This document shows positions 1 through 10,027 of a stretch of DNA of 64,000 nucleotides, piece after piece (position 1 is the first letter of the stretch; every line of letters starts with the position of its first letter). Made by a program: the position numbers and the translations under genes. Under the pieces are notes generated by a model. The model was not told the origin of the DNA. It saw nothing but the letters and a program-made list of their open reading frames with translations, and searched no databases. The DNA lies in NCBI GenBank assembly GCA_038145075.1, contig JAYQOY010000001.1:63464-127463 (forward strand), read 5' to 3'. Source of the DNA: Schleiferiaceae bacterium. Lineage in GTDB: Bacteria; Bacteroidota; Bacteroidia; Flavobacteriales; Schleiferiaceae.

Positions 1-5
1 ATGGG

Positions 6-623
6 GTGCCCTTAATGGAGTGGCATTTGGACCCCATGGATCCTTGGCAGCGCAACACCAAGCGCTTAGCCGACTTTGCACTCAGCGGCTTGGCCTTGTT
101 GCTTCTCAGCCCTTTATTGTTGGTCCTGGGCCTATTGGTCATGAAGGACGGCGGTCCGGCGTTTTACTGGCAAGAGCGTTTGGGCCGAAAAGCGAAGCCC
201 TTTAAAATCGTCAAATTCCGCTCCATGAGTGTACATGCCGAACAAGCTGGGCCTCAATTGAGCAGCGAAGAAGATCCGCGCATCACGCCCATTGGTCGCA
301 TTCTTCGCAAATACCGTTTGGACGAACTCCCACAGTTCTGGAATGTCTTCATCGGCGATATGAGCTTAGTGGGCCCCCGCCCTGAACGCGCCTTTTTTGC
401 CGAGCAAATCCTTGAAAAAGCGCCTCAGTACCGCCATATCTACAAAGTCCAGCCAGGCATAACCAGCTGGGGCATGGTGCGCTACGGCTACGCCAGCACG
501 GTGGACCAAATGATTCGTCGTATGGAATACGACTTGGTCTACATCGAAAACATGTCTCTCTTCAACGATATAAAGGTGGGGATTTACACGGTTTGGACCG
601 TGATCCAAGGCCGAGGGAAGTGA
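6..623 (+). CDS. bacterial sugar transferase (small polyprenyl-phosphate hexose-1-phosphate transferase, WbaP/EpsL-like)
   Basis: 205-aa ORF with one N-terminal TM helix ([25 protein letters not shown]). This is followed by [11 protein letters not shown] and [37 protein letters not shown], hallmarks of the Bac_transf family. The start is uncertain (GTG 6, ATG 15 or ATG 36). Confidence 0.8.
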   Translation: MPLMEWHLDPMDPWQRNTKRLADFALSGLALLLLSPLLLVLGLLVMKDGGPAFYWQERLGRKAKPFKIVKFRSMSVHAEQAGPQLSSEEDPRITPIGRILRKYRLDELPQFWNVFIGDMSLVGPRPERAFFAEQILEKAPQYRHIYKVQPGITSWGMVRYGYASTVDQMIRRMEYDLVYIENMSLFNDIKVGIYTVWTVIQGRGK

Positions 624-645
624 TTGCTGCCCTATCTTTCGGGCT

Positions 646-1530
646 ATGAAAAACTGCACTGTTTTAGGGGCGGGAACGATGGGAAATGGCATTGCGCACG
701 TCTTTGCCACCAGCGGCTACTCCGTTACCCTCTTCGATATCGCTCAACCCGCCTTGGACAGGGCCTTGGGCACCATCCAGAAGAATCTCGACCGTCAGGT
801 GTCCAAAGAACTCTTGACCGCTTCGGAAGCCGAAGCTGCCCTGGGCCGTATCACCCCTTCCTTGGACCTGGCTTCCGCCGTTTCTCAAGCAGACATCGTC
901 GTGGAAGCGGCCACGGAGCGCGAGGACCTCAAACTTCAAATCTTCCGCGACTTAGACACTCTTGCGCCAGCAGGCTGTATTCTGGCGAGCAATACCTCGT
1001 CCATCTCCATTGGCAAGATTGCGGCGGTCACCAAACGTCCCGAGGTCGTTATTGGCATGCACTTCATGAATCCCGTACCGGTCATGAAGCTGGTGGAAAT
1101 CATTTGCGGCTACAAAACCTCAGAAGCCACCACCCAAGCGGTGATTGCGCTTTCCGAAGCGCTGAACAAGATACCCATCTCTTGCAACGACTACCCTGGA
1201 TTTGTAGCCAACCGAATCCTCATGCCCATGATCAACGAAGCAGTGGAGGCTCTACAAACGGGAGTCGCAGGTGTCGCGGAAATTGACGGCATCATGAAGC
1301 TCGGCATGGCCCACCCCATGGGCCCCTTGCAGTTGGCGGACTTCATTGGTTTGGATGTCTGTTTGAGCATTCTTCGCGTCCTCCACGATGGTTTGGGCCA
1401 GCCTAAGTACGCCCCTAACCCCCTTCTCGTCAACCTCGTGACCGCAGGTGACCTAGGCGTGAAGTCTGGACGTGGATTTTACGACTACTCGGGCGGTTTA
1501 AAGGATGCCCCCGTCGCCTACAAACGTTAA
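646..1530 (+). CDS. 3-hydroxybutyryl-CoA / 3-hydroxyacyl-CoA dehydrogenase
   Basis: 294 aa with an N-terminal Rossmann motif (VLGAGTMGNGIA). PGFVANRILMPMINEA and GMAHPMGPLQLADFIGLD are typical of the 3HCDH N- and C-terminal domains. Confidence 0.85.
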   Translation: MKNCTVLGAGTMGNGIAHVFATSGYSVTLFDIAQPALDRALGTIQKNLDRQVSKELLTASEAEAALGRITPSLDLASAVSQADIVVEAATEREDLKLQIFRDLDTLAPAGCILASNTSSISIGKIAAVTKRPEVVIGMHFMNPVPVMKLVEIICGYKTSEATTQAVIALSEALNKIPISCNDYPGFVANRILMPMINEAVEALQTGVAGVAEIDGIMKLGMAHPMGPLQLADFIGLDVCLSILRVLHDGLGQPKYAPNPLLVNLVTAGDLGVKSGRGFYDYSGGLKDAPVAYKR

Positions 1531-1549
1531 TTAGTTAATTTATCCAACA

Positions 1550-2728
1550 ATGAATAAAACCATTATTTTCAGTGCTTTAGCTATTTCGGCTTTCAGCATG
1601 ACCGCCCAGGTCAACTTGATCAACAAGGTGGCAGGCAATGGCGCCACCGATGGCGCCACGTTTGAATTTAAAACCCTGGTAGATCTGGAAGCTACTTCGG
1701 TGAAGAACCAAGGCTCAACCGGCACGTGCTGGTCCTACTCTACCACCGGCTTCATTGAGTCTGAGCTGATCCGCATGGGCAAGCCCGTCATGGACTTGTC
1801 CGAGATGTACACGGTGCGCAAAGTCTACCAAGACAAGGCTGATCGCTACGTTCGTCTACACGGCTACCTCAACTTCGCCCAAGGCGGCGCTATGCCCGAC
1901 ATGCTCTACGTTATCAAGCATTACGGGGCCGTTCCTCAAGAGGCCTATGCGGGCCTCAACTACGGCAAGGACTACAACGACCACGATGAGCTGGAAGCAT
2001 CCTTGAAGGGGATTGTAGATGCGGTGGTGAACAAGAATTCGGGCACGCTGACTCCTGTGTGGAAGCAAGGCTTTACAGGCGTTTTGGATGCCTACTTGGG
2101 CGAGGAACCCAGCATGTTCAAGTACAACGGCAAGTCCTACACCCCACGCACCTTTGCGGACCAAGTCTTGGGCATTAATCCCGACGACTACGTGCAGCTC
2201 ACCTCCTACACGCACCACCCCTTCCAATCGTGGTTTGCCATCGAAGTACCCGACAACTGGACTTGGGGCCTCTCCTACAACGTTCCTTTGGACGACATGA
2301 TGGCCACCATTGACCACGCCTTGGAAAACGGCTACACCATTGCGTGGGCCACCGACGTGTCTGAAAAGGGCTTCTCCCTCAAGAATGGCGTTGCGGTTCT
2401 TCCTGCTAAGCCCTGGAGCAAGATGAGCGACGAAGAAAAGAGCAACGTTTACACTGGCCCACACGAGGAAATGGTGGTGACGCAAGAACTTCGCCAAATC
2501 GCCTACGACAACTACGAGTCTACGGACGACCACGGTATGCAGATCGTGGGCAAAGTGGCCGATCAGAACGGAGGCATTTACTACATCGTCAAGAACTCTT
2601 GGGGTGAGCGCGAGAATCCTTACCGCAGCGGCTATATATACGCCTCCGAAGCGTTTGTGCGCTACAAGACCTTGTCCATCCTCTTGCACAAGGACGGCGT
2701 ACCCAAGAAAATAGCGAAGGGTATGTAA
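1550..2728 (+). CDS. pepC: aminopeptidase C / bleomycin-hydrolase-like C1 cysteine peptidase, secreted
   Basis: 392 aa with a signal peptide (MNKTIIFSALAISAFSMTAQ). It has the papain-type catalytic Cys context QGSTGTCWSYS and a C-terminal KNSWG block. Confidence 0.75.
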   Translation: MNKTIIFSALAISAFSMTAQVNLINKVAGNGATDGATFEFKTLVDLEATSVKNQGSTGTCWSYSTTGFIESELIRMGKPVMDLSEMYTVRKVYQDKADRYVRLHGYLNFAQGGAMPDMLYVIKHYGAVPQEAYAGLNYGKDYNDHDELEASLKGIVDAVVNKNSGTLTPVWKQGFTGVLDAYLGEEPSMFKYNGKSYTPRTFADQVLGINPDDYVQLTSYTHHPFQSWFAIEVPDNWTWGLSYNVPLDDMMATIDHALENGYTIAWATDVSEKGFSLKNGVAVLPAKPWSKMSDEEKSNVYTGPHEEMVVTQELRQIAYDNYESTDDHGMQIVGKVADQNGGIYYIVKNSWGERENPYRSGYIYASEAFVRYKTLSILLHKDGVPKKIAKGM

Positions 2729-4498
2729 TTACATCTGCTCAGGTGCTGCAATTCCCAGCAAGGAAAGGCCGCGCTTGAGCACTCCCGCCACTTGACGGGA
2801 AAGATCCACACGGAACGCCGCTTTTTGCGGCGTTTCTGCGTTTAGGACCGAATGTACCTGGTAAAATCCGTTGTAGCCTTTGGCCACGTCGTAGAGGTAG
2901 CTCGCCACAGCACTTGGATTTTGATCCGCGGCAGCGTGGTCAATGACAGATGGGAACTTGCCCAAAATTTTGATGAGCTCCCGCTCCTTGGCTTCTAAGG
3001 CTACGTCGTCCCAGCTCCAGGCGCCCACCTCACCTGCTTTGCGGAGAATGGATTTAATTCGGGCATGCGTGTACTGCAAGAAAGGACCGGTATTGCCATT
3101 GAAGTCGATGGATTCTTCGGGATTGAAGACCATGCGCTTTTTAGGATCCACCTTCAGAATGAAGTATTTCAGCGCTCCATGCCCCAAGGTCTTGTAGAGG
3201 TCCGCCTGCTCCGAAGCGGATAGCCCGTCTACTTTGCCCAATTCTTCGGACAAACGCTTGGCCGTGGCTTCCATTTCGTCGAGCAGGTCGTCCGCGTCGA
3301 CTACGGTGCCTTCGCGGGATTTCATTCGGCCCGAAGGCAAATCCACCATGCCGTAGGACAGATGGCTGAGCTTGTCTGCCCAACTGTAGCCCAACTTGCT
3401 CAAAATCAAAAAGAGCACCTTGAAGTGGTAGTCCTGCTCGTTGCCCACCACATAGGTCAAGGAATCCATGTTGAAATCCGCAAAGCGCTGAATGGCGGTG
3501 CCGATGTCCTGGGTCATGTAGACGCTGGTACCGTCCTTGCGGAGCACCAATTTCTCGTCTAAGCCATCGCCGGTGAGGTCAATCCAGACAGAGCCGTCTT
3601 CCCGGCGGTAAAAAACGCCTTTTGCCAAGCCCTCCTCTACGTCCTTCTTGCCGAGCAGGTAGGTGTTGGATTCGTAGTAGTTCTTGTCAAAGGCAACGCC
3701 TAGGCGTGCATAGGTCGCATTAAAACCCGCATAGACCCACTCGTTCATTTGATTCCAAAGTGCGAGCACGGCTGCATCGCCAGCTTCCCAGTCTTGCAGC
3801 ATTTTTTGGACCGCTCGCATGCAGGGAGCCTGCGCTTTGGCATCTTCGGGGGTCAGCCCCGCAGCAACACCTTCTTCGGTTTCCTTTTTGAGCTGCTGAT
3901 CAAAGCGGACATAGTACTTGCCCACCAAGTGATCGCCTTTGAGACCGGTAGTCTCGGGGGTTTCTCCGTTTCCAAACTGCTGCCACGCGTACATGCTTTT
4001 GCAAATGTGCACGCCTCGGTCATTGATGATTTGTACTTGCACCACGGGTTTCCCGGTAGCTTGAATGATCTGCGCCACCGAATAGCCCAAAAGGTTGTTT
4101 CGGATATGCCCTAAGTGCAGGGGCTTGTTGGTATTGGGGGAGGAATATTCCACCATGGCGGCCGCTTGTTGGGCATCCACGGGCCGAATGCCCCAATGCG
4201 CATCCGCTTGGATGGCGTCAAACGTAGCTTGAACGGGAGCGTCGCTCATTGAAATGTTCAAGAAGCCCTTGACCACATTGTAGCCCGATACGGCTTCCAC
4301 CCGGGCTTGAAGCTCCGCGCCAATGGCGTTGGCGGTGGCGTCGGGGGCCATTCGGCTCGCTTTCAGGTAGGGAAAAACGACCAAGGTGAGGTCGCCCTCA
4401 AACTCCTTTCGGGTCTCCTGCAAATCCATAGGAGCACCTTCCAGGCCAAACAAATCTTTTAGAATGTCCGCAAGGGCGGATTCCAGCAACGTATTCAT
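2729..4498 (-). CDS. argS: arginine--tRNA ligase
   Basis: 589 aa with the class I HIGH region SPNTNKPLHLGHIRN. It has an ArgS-type anticodon-binding C-terminus ending in M. Its stop abuts the pepC stop (TAATTA). Confidence 0.92.
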   Translation of the reverse strand: MNTLLESALADILKDLFGLEGAPMDLQETRKEFEGDLTLVVFPYLKASRMAPDATANAIGAELQARVEAVSGYNVVKGFLNISMSDAPVQATFDAIQADAHWGIRPVDAQQAAAMVEYSSPNTNKPLHLGHIRNNLLGYSVAQIIQATGKPVVQVQIINDRGVHICKSMYAWQQFGNGETPETTGLKGDHLVGKYYVRFDQQLKKETEEGVAAGLTPEDAKAQAPCMRAVQKMLQDWEAGDAAVLALWNQMNEWVYAGFNATYARLGVAFDKNYYESNTYLLGKKDVEEGLAKGVFYRREDGSVWIDLTGDGLDEKLVLRKDGTSVYMTQDIGTAIQRFADFNMDSLTYVVGNEQDYHFKVLFLILSKLGYSWADKLSHLSYGMVDLPSGRMKSREGTVVDADDLLDEMEATAKRLSEELGKVDGLSASEQADLYKTLGHGALKYFILKVDPKKRMVFNPEESIDFNGNTGPFLQYTHARIKSILRKAGEVGAWSWDDVALEAKERELIKILGKFPSVIDHAAADQNPSAVASYLYDVAKGYNGFYQVHSVLNAETPQKAAFRVDLSRQVAGVLKRGLSLLGIAAPEQM

Positions 4499-4504
4499 GA
4501 GCGG

Positions 4505-5461
4505 TTAAAAAGAGCCTCGAAGGCCAAGACGTTCTTGCAAGCGGTAAACGGTACTTTGGAGTAGGGTGAAGGCCGCTGTCCCCATCGCATTGCCGCCCTT
4601 GTCGAGCAGCGGATTGATTTCGGTGAACTCCATGCACATGACTTTGGGTTCATCGGCAAAGAGCTCAAGCAGGCCACGTGCTTCTTCAAGCGTGAACCCA
4701 CCAGGCACAGGGGTTCCTGTGCCCTCGGAGATACTGGGATCCATGCTGTCTACGTCAAAGGAGATGTAGACCATGTCGCATTTGGACAATTGCTCCATCA
4801 CCTCGTGCACAATGGCTTTGAGGCCTTTTTTTCGGACCTCGGGTACGCGGTGCACGCGCATGTCGTTTTCTTGAATGAGGTGATCTTCCGGCTCTTCGGT
4901 GGAGCGCAGGCCGATAAAGGCCACATCCGAAGGCTTCACCCGCTGGGGATGTCCCTTGAGCTTTTGCCACGCATCGAGGGTGACAGGGCTTGGGTCGTTG
5001 ATTTTGCAGGCCACATTGTCAGCACCAATCGCCGTCGCTAGGGGCATGCCGTGCATATTGCCCGAAGGAGAGGTGAACGGAGAGTGCAGATCGGCATGCG
5101 CGTCAATCCAAACGACGCCCAGGCGACTCAGCGGGTAGGCTTGTTTGATCCCCGCAATGGTTCCTCCCGCGTTGGAATGGTCCCCTGAAATCACAATAGG
5201 AAAATGCGAATCGTCTAAGGTCTCGGCTACAACCGCAGAAATTCGGCGGTACATGCGCACAATGCCCCGAATGCGTTTGCCGTAGGGAGATTCTGGGTGG
5301 CGGTAGAGCAGCGCGTTGTTGGTTTGAACCTTGCGAGGCGCTAAACTCCGAAAGAACTTTGGCTGCAGGTGAAAGGAAGCGCCTCGAATAGCTGCATAGC
5401 CCAAGCTGGAGCCCCGTGTGCCGGCACCCAATTCAGACATTGCAGTAATCAACTGTAACAT
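4505..5461 (-). CDS. arginase-family ureohydrolase (arginase / formimidoylglutamase-like)
   Basis: Mn-binding motifs of the arginase fold are present: SGDHSNAGG, IDAHADLH and SFDVDSMDP. The N-terminal SELGAGTRGSSLG is typical of the Bacteroidota family. The start is ambiguous (TTG 5470, ATG 5461, ATG 5440). Substrate cannot be assigned from sequence. Confidence 0.8.
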   Translation of the reverse strand: MLQLITAMSELGAGTRGSSLGYAAIRGASFHLQPKFFRSLAPRKVQTNNALLYRHPESPYGKRIRGIVRMYRRISAVVAETLDDSHFPIVISGDHSNAGGTIAGIKQAYPLSRLGVVWIDAHADLHSPFTSPSGNMHGMPLATAIGADNVACKINDPSPVTLDAWQKLKGHPQRVKPSDVAFIGLRSTEEPEDHLIQENDMRVHRVPEVRKKGLKAIVHEVMEQLSKCDMVYISFDVDSMDPSISEGTGTPVPGGFTLEEARGLLELFADEPKVMCMEFTEINPLLDKGGNAMGTAAFTLLQSTVYRLQERLGLRGSF

Positions 5462-5467
5462 ATGGAG

Positions 5468-5493
5468 CAAAGGTAGGAATTGGCCTACCTTTG
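5468..5493. promoter_or_regulatory. perfect 10-bp inverted repeat carrying two back-to-back TACCTTTG (-7 box) elements
   Basis: The sequence is caaaggtagg-aattgg-cctacctttg. The right arm reads TACCTTTG on the + strand (5486-5493), 18 nt before the ftsK ATG at 5512. The left arm reads TACCTTTG on the - strand (5475-5468), 6 nt before ATG 5461 of the ureohydrolase gene. Both match the Bacteroidota sigma-A -7 consensus TAnnTTTG. Confidence 0.5.
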
Positions 5494-5511
5494 AATGGTA
5501 CGTTTCTTTCC

Positions 5512-7908
5512 ATGGCTAAAAAGCGCAACACACCCTCCTCGTCGTCCTTCATGCAATCGCTGCAATCCTTTCGCAGCGAACTGAGTTCTAACAAGTCGCT
5601 GCACGCAGTTTTTGGCATTGCCTTACTCTTTCTAACGGGATTTTCTTTGTTGGCGAGTGTCTCGTCTTTGGTTTCATGGACGGCCGATTTTAGTCAGTTT
5701 GAAGGCACGTTTGGGGACATTCTCTTGGATCCAAATGTTAAAATGGCCAATATCTTCGGCAAACTCGGAGCAGCGGTGGGTTTTTATTTAACCGTGAAGA
5801 GCTTTGGCTGGGTCTTCATTCTTCCCTTGCTTTGGTTGATCCAACTTAGCCTCAAATGGGGCTTAGGGCTGACCTTCAAGCCCTGGACCTGGCTGCGTCG
5901 CTTCTTGCTGTGGACCTTGCTTTTAAGCAGCTTTACGGGCTTACTTCCCTTGGAATTGAGCGATGCCGTAGTCGGAAATTTGGGGCATGGTCTCGCGTTT
6001 TGGGGGACGTCTTTCTTGGGGACGGCTGGTGCTTGGCTGGCATGGGTAAGCCTTACCGGCGGCCATGTGGTTTGGTTGTTTAAAATGACCCCCCAGACGT
6101 GGCGTCGTCCCGCTGAGGACAAGGCCCCTTGGGACGAGGATGCTTCACAAGAGGATGACCTAGACCCCATTCCAGATGAGCCCAGCGAAGCTGTGGAGTG
6201 GGATTTGGACGAAGAAGGCGAAGATGAGGACACCGCATTCTTGGATGATTTGGATCTGCCTGTGGTAGATCCAGCTGGAGAGCCAGAAGCAGCAACCCCT
6301 ACCCTGGAATCTCTAGGTCTGGAGGAAATGGAACCCATTGCCGTTACCAGCGATGTGGCTGAAGAATCCGAAGAAGCCCCTGCCAAGGGATCTTTGGCGA
6401 CTTCCTTTGATCCGCGTGCAGACCTTTCGCGCTATCAATTCCCCAAGTTGAGCCTTCTGGCTGAAATTCCCCAGGGCCAAGGCAAGGTGGACGCCGAAGA
6501 ACTCGAAGCCAACAAAGAGCGCATCATCGAAACCCTGCGCAACTACAAGATTGAAATCTCCAAAATCAAAGCAGCCGTGGGTCCTACGGTCACGCTGTAC
6601 GAGATTGTGCCAGAGGCGGGCGTTCGGATTTCCAAGATTAAAAGCTTGGAAGACGATATCGCATTGAGTCTGAGTGCGTTGGGTATCCGCATCATTGCAC
6701 CCATTCCTGGCCGCGGCACCATTGGTATTGAAGTCCCCAACCGCAGTCCCCAAATGGTGAGCATGAAGGCGGTCCTGGCCTCGGAGAAATTCCAGAACAC
6801 CACGATGGACCTTCCTGTGGCGTTGGGCAAGACCATTAGCAACGAGGTTTTTGTGGCGGATTTGGCCAAGATGCCCCACTTGCTCATGGCGGGTGCTACG
6901 GGCCAAGGCAAGTCGGTAGGTCTGAACGCCCTGCTGGCCTCCATCCTCTACAAGAAGCACCCTTCGGAAGTGAAGTTTGTCCTCGTAGACCCCAAGAAAG
7001 TAGAATTGACGCTCTACAACAAGATTGAGCGCCACTTCCTGGCCAAACTTCCGGACACGGACGAGGCCATCATTACGGATACCACCAAGGTCATTCACAC
7101 GCTGAATTCGTTGTGTATCGAAATGGACGACCGCTACGAGCTGTTGAAGGATGCCATGGTTCGCAACATCAAGGAGTACAACCAGAAATTTGTCAGCCGC
7201 AAGCTCAACCCGGAAGAAGGCCACCGCTACCTCCCCTACATTGTTCTAGTCATCGACGAGTTTGCCGACCTCATTATGACCGCCGGCAAGGAGGTGGAAA
7301 CGCCTATTGCGCGTTTGGCCCAGCTGGCGCGCGCCATTGGTATTCACCTGATCATTGCTACGCAGCGTCCGTCGGTTAACGTCATTACCGGTATCATCAA
7401 GGCCAACTTCCCGGCCCGAATTGCCTTCAAAGTCTCGGCCAAAATTGACTCGCGTACCATTTTGGACGCTGGCGGCGCAGAGCAACTGATCGGCAAGGGG
7501 GACATGCTTTTCTCCGCAGGCAACGATTTAATCCGTTTGCAATGTGCCTTCTTGGACACTCCTGAGGTGGAGGATGTGTGTGAATTTATTGGTTCGCAAC
7601 AGGCCTACCCCGACGCTTATGCCTTGCCCGAATACTCCGGCGAGGATTCTTCGGGTGGCGGAGGTGGCAACTACAGCGCAGACGAGCGCGACGCCCTCTT
7701 CGTGGAAGCCGCCCGCATTGTAGTGCAGAACCAACAAGGTTCGGCATCCCTTTTGCAACGCAAGCTGAAACTGGGCTACAACCGCGCAGGCCGCCTTATC
7801 GACCAATTGGAAGATGCGGGCATCCTCGGACCTTTTGAAGGCTCTAAAGCGCGCCAAGTCCTCATTCAAGATGAACACCATTTGATGGAACGCCTTAACG
7901 GCAACTAA
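5512..7908 (+). CDS. ftsK: DNA translocase FtsK
   Basis: N-terminal TM helices are followed by an acidic, low-complexity linker (DEDASQEDDLDPIPDEPSE...) and a motor domain with Walker A MAGATGQGKS. The C-terminus carries a gamma winged-helix (LLQRKLKLGYNRAGRLIDQLE). I prefer ATG 5512 over the TTG at 5491. Confidence 0.92.
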   Translation: MAKKRNTPSSSSFMQSLQSFRSELSSNKSLHAVFGIALLFLTGFSLLASVSSLVSWTADFSQFEGTFGDILLDPNVKMANIFGKLGAAVGFYLTVKSFGWVFILPLLWLIQLSLKWGLGLTFKPWTWLRRFLLWTLLLSSFTGLLPLELSDAVVGNLGHGLAFWGTSFLGTAGAWLAWVSLTGGHVVWLFKMTPQTWRRPAEDKAPWDEDASQEDDLDPIPDEPSEAVEWDLDEEGEDEDTAFLDDLDLPVVDPAGEPEAATPTLESLGLEEMEPIAVTSDVAEESEEAPAKGSLATSFDPRADLSRYQFPKLSLLAEIPQGQGKVDAEELEANKERIIETLRNYKIEISKIKAAVGPTVTLYEIVPEAGVRISKIKSLEDDIALSLSALGIRIIAPIPGRGTIGIEVPNRSPQMVSMKAVLASEKFQNTTMDLPVALGKTISNEVFVADLAKMPHLLMAGATGQGKSVGLNALLASILYKKHPSEVKFVLVDPKKVELTLYNKIERHFLAKLPDTDEAIITDTTKVIHTLNSLCIEMDDRYELLKDAMVRNIKEYNQKFVSRKLNPEEGHRYLPYIVLVIDEFADLIMTAGKEVETPIARLAQLARAIGIHLIIATQRPSVNVITGIIKANFPARIAFKVSAKIDSRTILDAGGAEQLIGKGDMLFSAGNDLIRLQCAFLDTPEVEDVCEFIGSQQAYPDAYALPEYSGEDSSGGGGGNYSADERDALFVEAARIVVQNQQGSASLLQRKLKLGYNRAGRLIDQLEDAGILGPFEGSKARQVLIQDEHHLMERLNGN

Positions 7909-7912
7909 GATT

Positions 7913-8575
7913 ATGAAGCAGTACTCCTCCCTCTTTTTTACCCTTTTGGCTTGTTTATGGTCGTCTGTGGCTTTTGCCCAAAGTGGAGATCCGTTAACGC
8001 TATTGAAAGAGGTGCAGTCGAAGACTTTGGCCTACAAAGACCAGAACATTCAGTTTGCCATGGTCATTGAGGCGCCCGGCCGCGATGGCAAGAAGGTGCA
8101 ACGCAAGACTTCGGGCCAAGTGCAGGTGGTGGGCGAAAAAGCCCTATTGGTCCTCAATGGTCAGAAAATCTACTTAGACGGCAGCCGTTTGACAACCGTG
8201 AGCGAAGAGGATGAAGAAATCGTCGTCCGAAAACTGGACGGAGACGAAACCCAGTACACCCCCGCCTCCATTTTAAAGAAGTACGAATCCGGCTCCAACT
8301 TCCAATGGGCCGGCGAGGAAACCCTATCCGGTGGCACTAAAGTGGTGTACATCCGCATGAAGCCTAAAAACAATGTAGACGTGCGGGACGTGGTCCTAGG
8401 CATCAACATGCGGACCAAGCGCATCCACTCCTACCAGGAATTTGGAACGAATGACGTGACCACCACATTACGCATTGTACAATACGATGTGAATCAGGGC
8501 GTTAACGTTTCAAAAGTCACGTTTAACAAAGCCAACTACCCCGGGTACGATTACATTGCTCCCAAGGGGATGTAA
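7913..8575 (+). CDS. LolA-like outer-membrane lipoprotein carrier family protein
   Basis: 220 aa with a signal peptide (LLACLWSSVAFAQ) and a beta-rich body. Its position directly after ftsK is the usual Bacteroidota synteny (from memory). Confidence 0.55.
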   Translation: MKQYSSLFFTLLACLWSSVAFAQSGDPLTLLKEVQSKTLAYKDQNIQFAMVIEAPGRDGKKVQRKTSGQVQVVGEKALLVLNGQKIYLDGSRLTTVSEEDEEIVVRKLDGDETQYTPASILKKYESGSNFQWAGEETLSGGTKVVYIRMKPKNNVDVRDVVLGINMRTKRIHSYQEFGTNDVTTTLRIVQYDVNQGVNVSKVTFNKANYPGYDYIAPKGM

Positions 8576-8584
8576 ACCCTCCGC

Positions 8585-10027
8585 ATGCAACGCATCGATT
8601 GGTATGTACTCCGGTCCTTTGCCGGCATCTTCCTGAAGACGATTGGAATTTCCGTCTTCTTTCTGCTCATGCAGATGGTTTGGAAGTATGTGGACGATCT
8701 AGCCGGGCGTGGCGTCGATTGGTGGGTCATTCTAGAATTGCTCTTTTACTGGTCTGCCTCTGTTTTGCCCATGGCGGCACCAGTGGCGGTCCTCTTTGCG
8801 GGCATCATGGTCTACGGGGACTTGGCCGAATCGCGGGAGCTCGCCGCCGCCAAATCCTCCGGGGCTTCGTTCTACCGCTTGATTCGACCCCTCCTGCTGG
8901 GACTGGGCCTCATTGCGGTGGGCATGTTCTTCGTGGCGAACAACCTCATCCCCGTCGCCAACTTCAAAGGGGAAAACCTGCTGATCAACATTGCGAAGCA
9001 ACGCCCCACGTTTAATCTTCAACCCGGCATTTTTTACGGGGGCATCGACGGCTACAGCATTAAAGTTGGCGCCAAGTCGGACAATGAGGTTAAGGACATT
9101 CTCATTTACGACCACCGTGAGCGCGGCCAAGGCAATCACACGGTCATCATGGCGCCCCGAGCGGTTCTCCACTACAGCGAAGGCAGCCGGTGGATGGAAA
9201 TGGAGCTGTTTAATGGAACGAGCTACCAGGAGTACAAGGCGGAGAAGCGCGAGGAGCGCGAGCGAAAGCCCTTCCTAGAGTGCTCCTTTGAGCGTATGCT
9301 CATTCGGGTCAATATGGGATCATTCCAAATGGGCGACTTGTACTCCGTCAACCGAAGCGACGAATACAACATGCTGAGCGTGACACAATTGGACCATGCC
9401 ATTTCGGAACTCTACAGCCAATACAGCCAGCGACAGTCGGAAGTGGGCCAAATCATGCGCAACAAATACTACGGTTGGGCAACGGCGGACAGCGCTGCAT
9501 TTCAGCCCATGACGGAAGAGGGTTTGGCACAGCCAGATTCTGCTCAAGCGTTCTACATGAAGGAGCGCTTAAAGGGGCATTACCTCTTCCGGGCGGTCAA
9601 CAATGCCATCCATTCGGCGCAAGCCAACCGAGACTACATGGAGCAAATTCAATCCGAATATGTCTGGCGAAATCAGATCATTGCCCGCCACTACTTGGAA
9701 TTTCACAAGAAGTTCAGTGTGGCCATCGCCTGCATCCTGCTCTTCTTCATTGGGGCCCCGTTGGGCGCCATCATTCAAAAAGGGGGATTTGGTCTGCCCT
9801 TCGTGATTTCCGTACTCCTCTTCCTCTTCCACTACGTCCTAACCATCATCTTTGAGAAAATGGGCCGAGAGTGGTTGATTTCCCCGTTTTGGGCCATTTG
9901 GTTGCCGAACGCCATCCTCCTACCCATCGCCCTTTGGATGACGATTTGGGCCGCTAATGATGCGACGATGAACAGTTTTGCGCGCCTTCGAAAACGCCTG
10001 TTTGGCTGGATTCCCCAACGCGCATGA
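8585..10027 (+). CDS. LptF/LptG family permease (YjgP/YjgQ)
   Basis: 480 aa. The N-terminal MQRIDWYVLRSFAGIFL is characteristic of the family. The layout is 3 TM, a large periplasmic insert, then 3 TM. Confidence 0.8.
   Translation: MQRIDWYVLRSFAGIFLKTIGISVFFLLMQMVWKYVDDLAGRGVDWWVILELLFYWSASVLPMAAPVAVLFAGIMVYGDLAESRELAAAKSSGASFYRLIRPLLLGLGLIAVGMFFVANNLIPVANFKGENLLINIAKQRPTFNLQPGIFYGGIDGYSIKVGAKSDNEVKDILIYDHRERGQGNHTVIMAPRAVLHYSEGSRWMEMELFNGTSYQEYKAEKREERERKPFLECSFERMLIRVNMGSFQMGDLYSVNRSDEYNMLSVTQLDHAISELYSQYSQRQSEVGQIMRNKYYGWATADSAAFQPMTEEGLAQPDSAQAFYMKERLKGHYLFRAVNNAIHSAQANRDYMEQIQSEYVWRNQIIARHYLEFHKKFSVAIACILLFFIGAPLGAIIQKGGFGLPFVISVLLFLFHYVLTIIFEKMGREWLISPFWAIWLPNAILLPIALWMTIWAANDATMNSFARLRKRLFGWIPQRA

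Noticed and set aside
631-640. Near-matches to the -7 box. These are TATCTTTC before the 3-hydroxyacyl-CoA dehydrogenase gene, TACCTTCG before tamB (17393-17400) and before the saccharopine-dehydrogenase-like gene (42356-42363), and TATCTTTA before the S1/P1 nuclease gene.
   Set aside because: Each has a mismatch in the invariant TTTG or TA positions. They may be weak promoters, but I cannot support them from sequence alone.
6313-7224. A long (303 aa) ORF antisense to ftsK. Similar long antisense or alternate-frame ORFs occur at 1856-2689, 17840-18484, 38191-38874, 45849-46583, 56945-57835, 60174-61034 and 62251-62877.
   Set aside because: Each lies entirely opposite, or out of frame with, a gene that has strong family motifs. 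Their translations are low-complexity and Arg/Gly/His/Val-rich, as expected for open antisense frames in GC-rich DNA. None has a recognisable motif, signal or promoter box.
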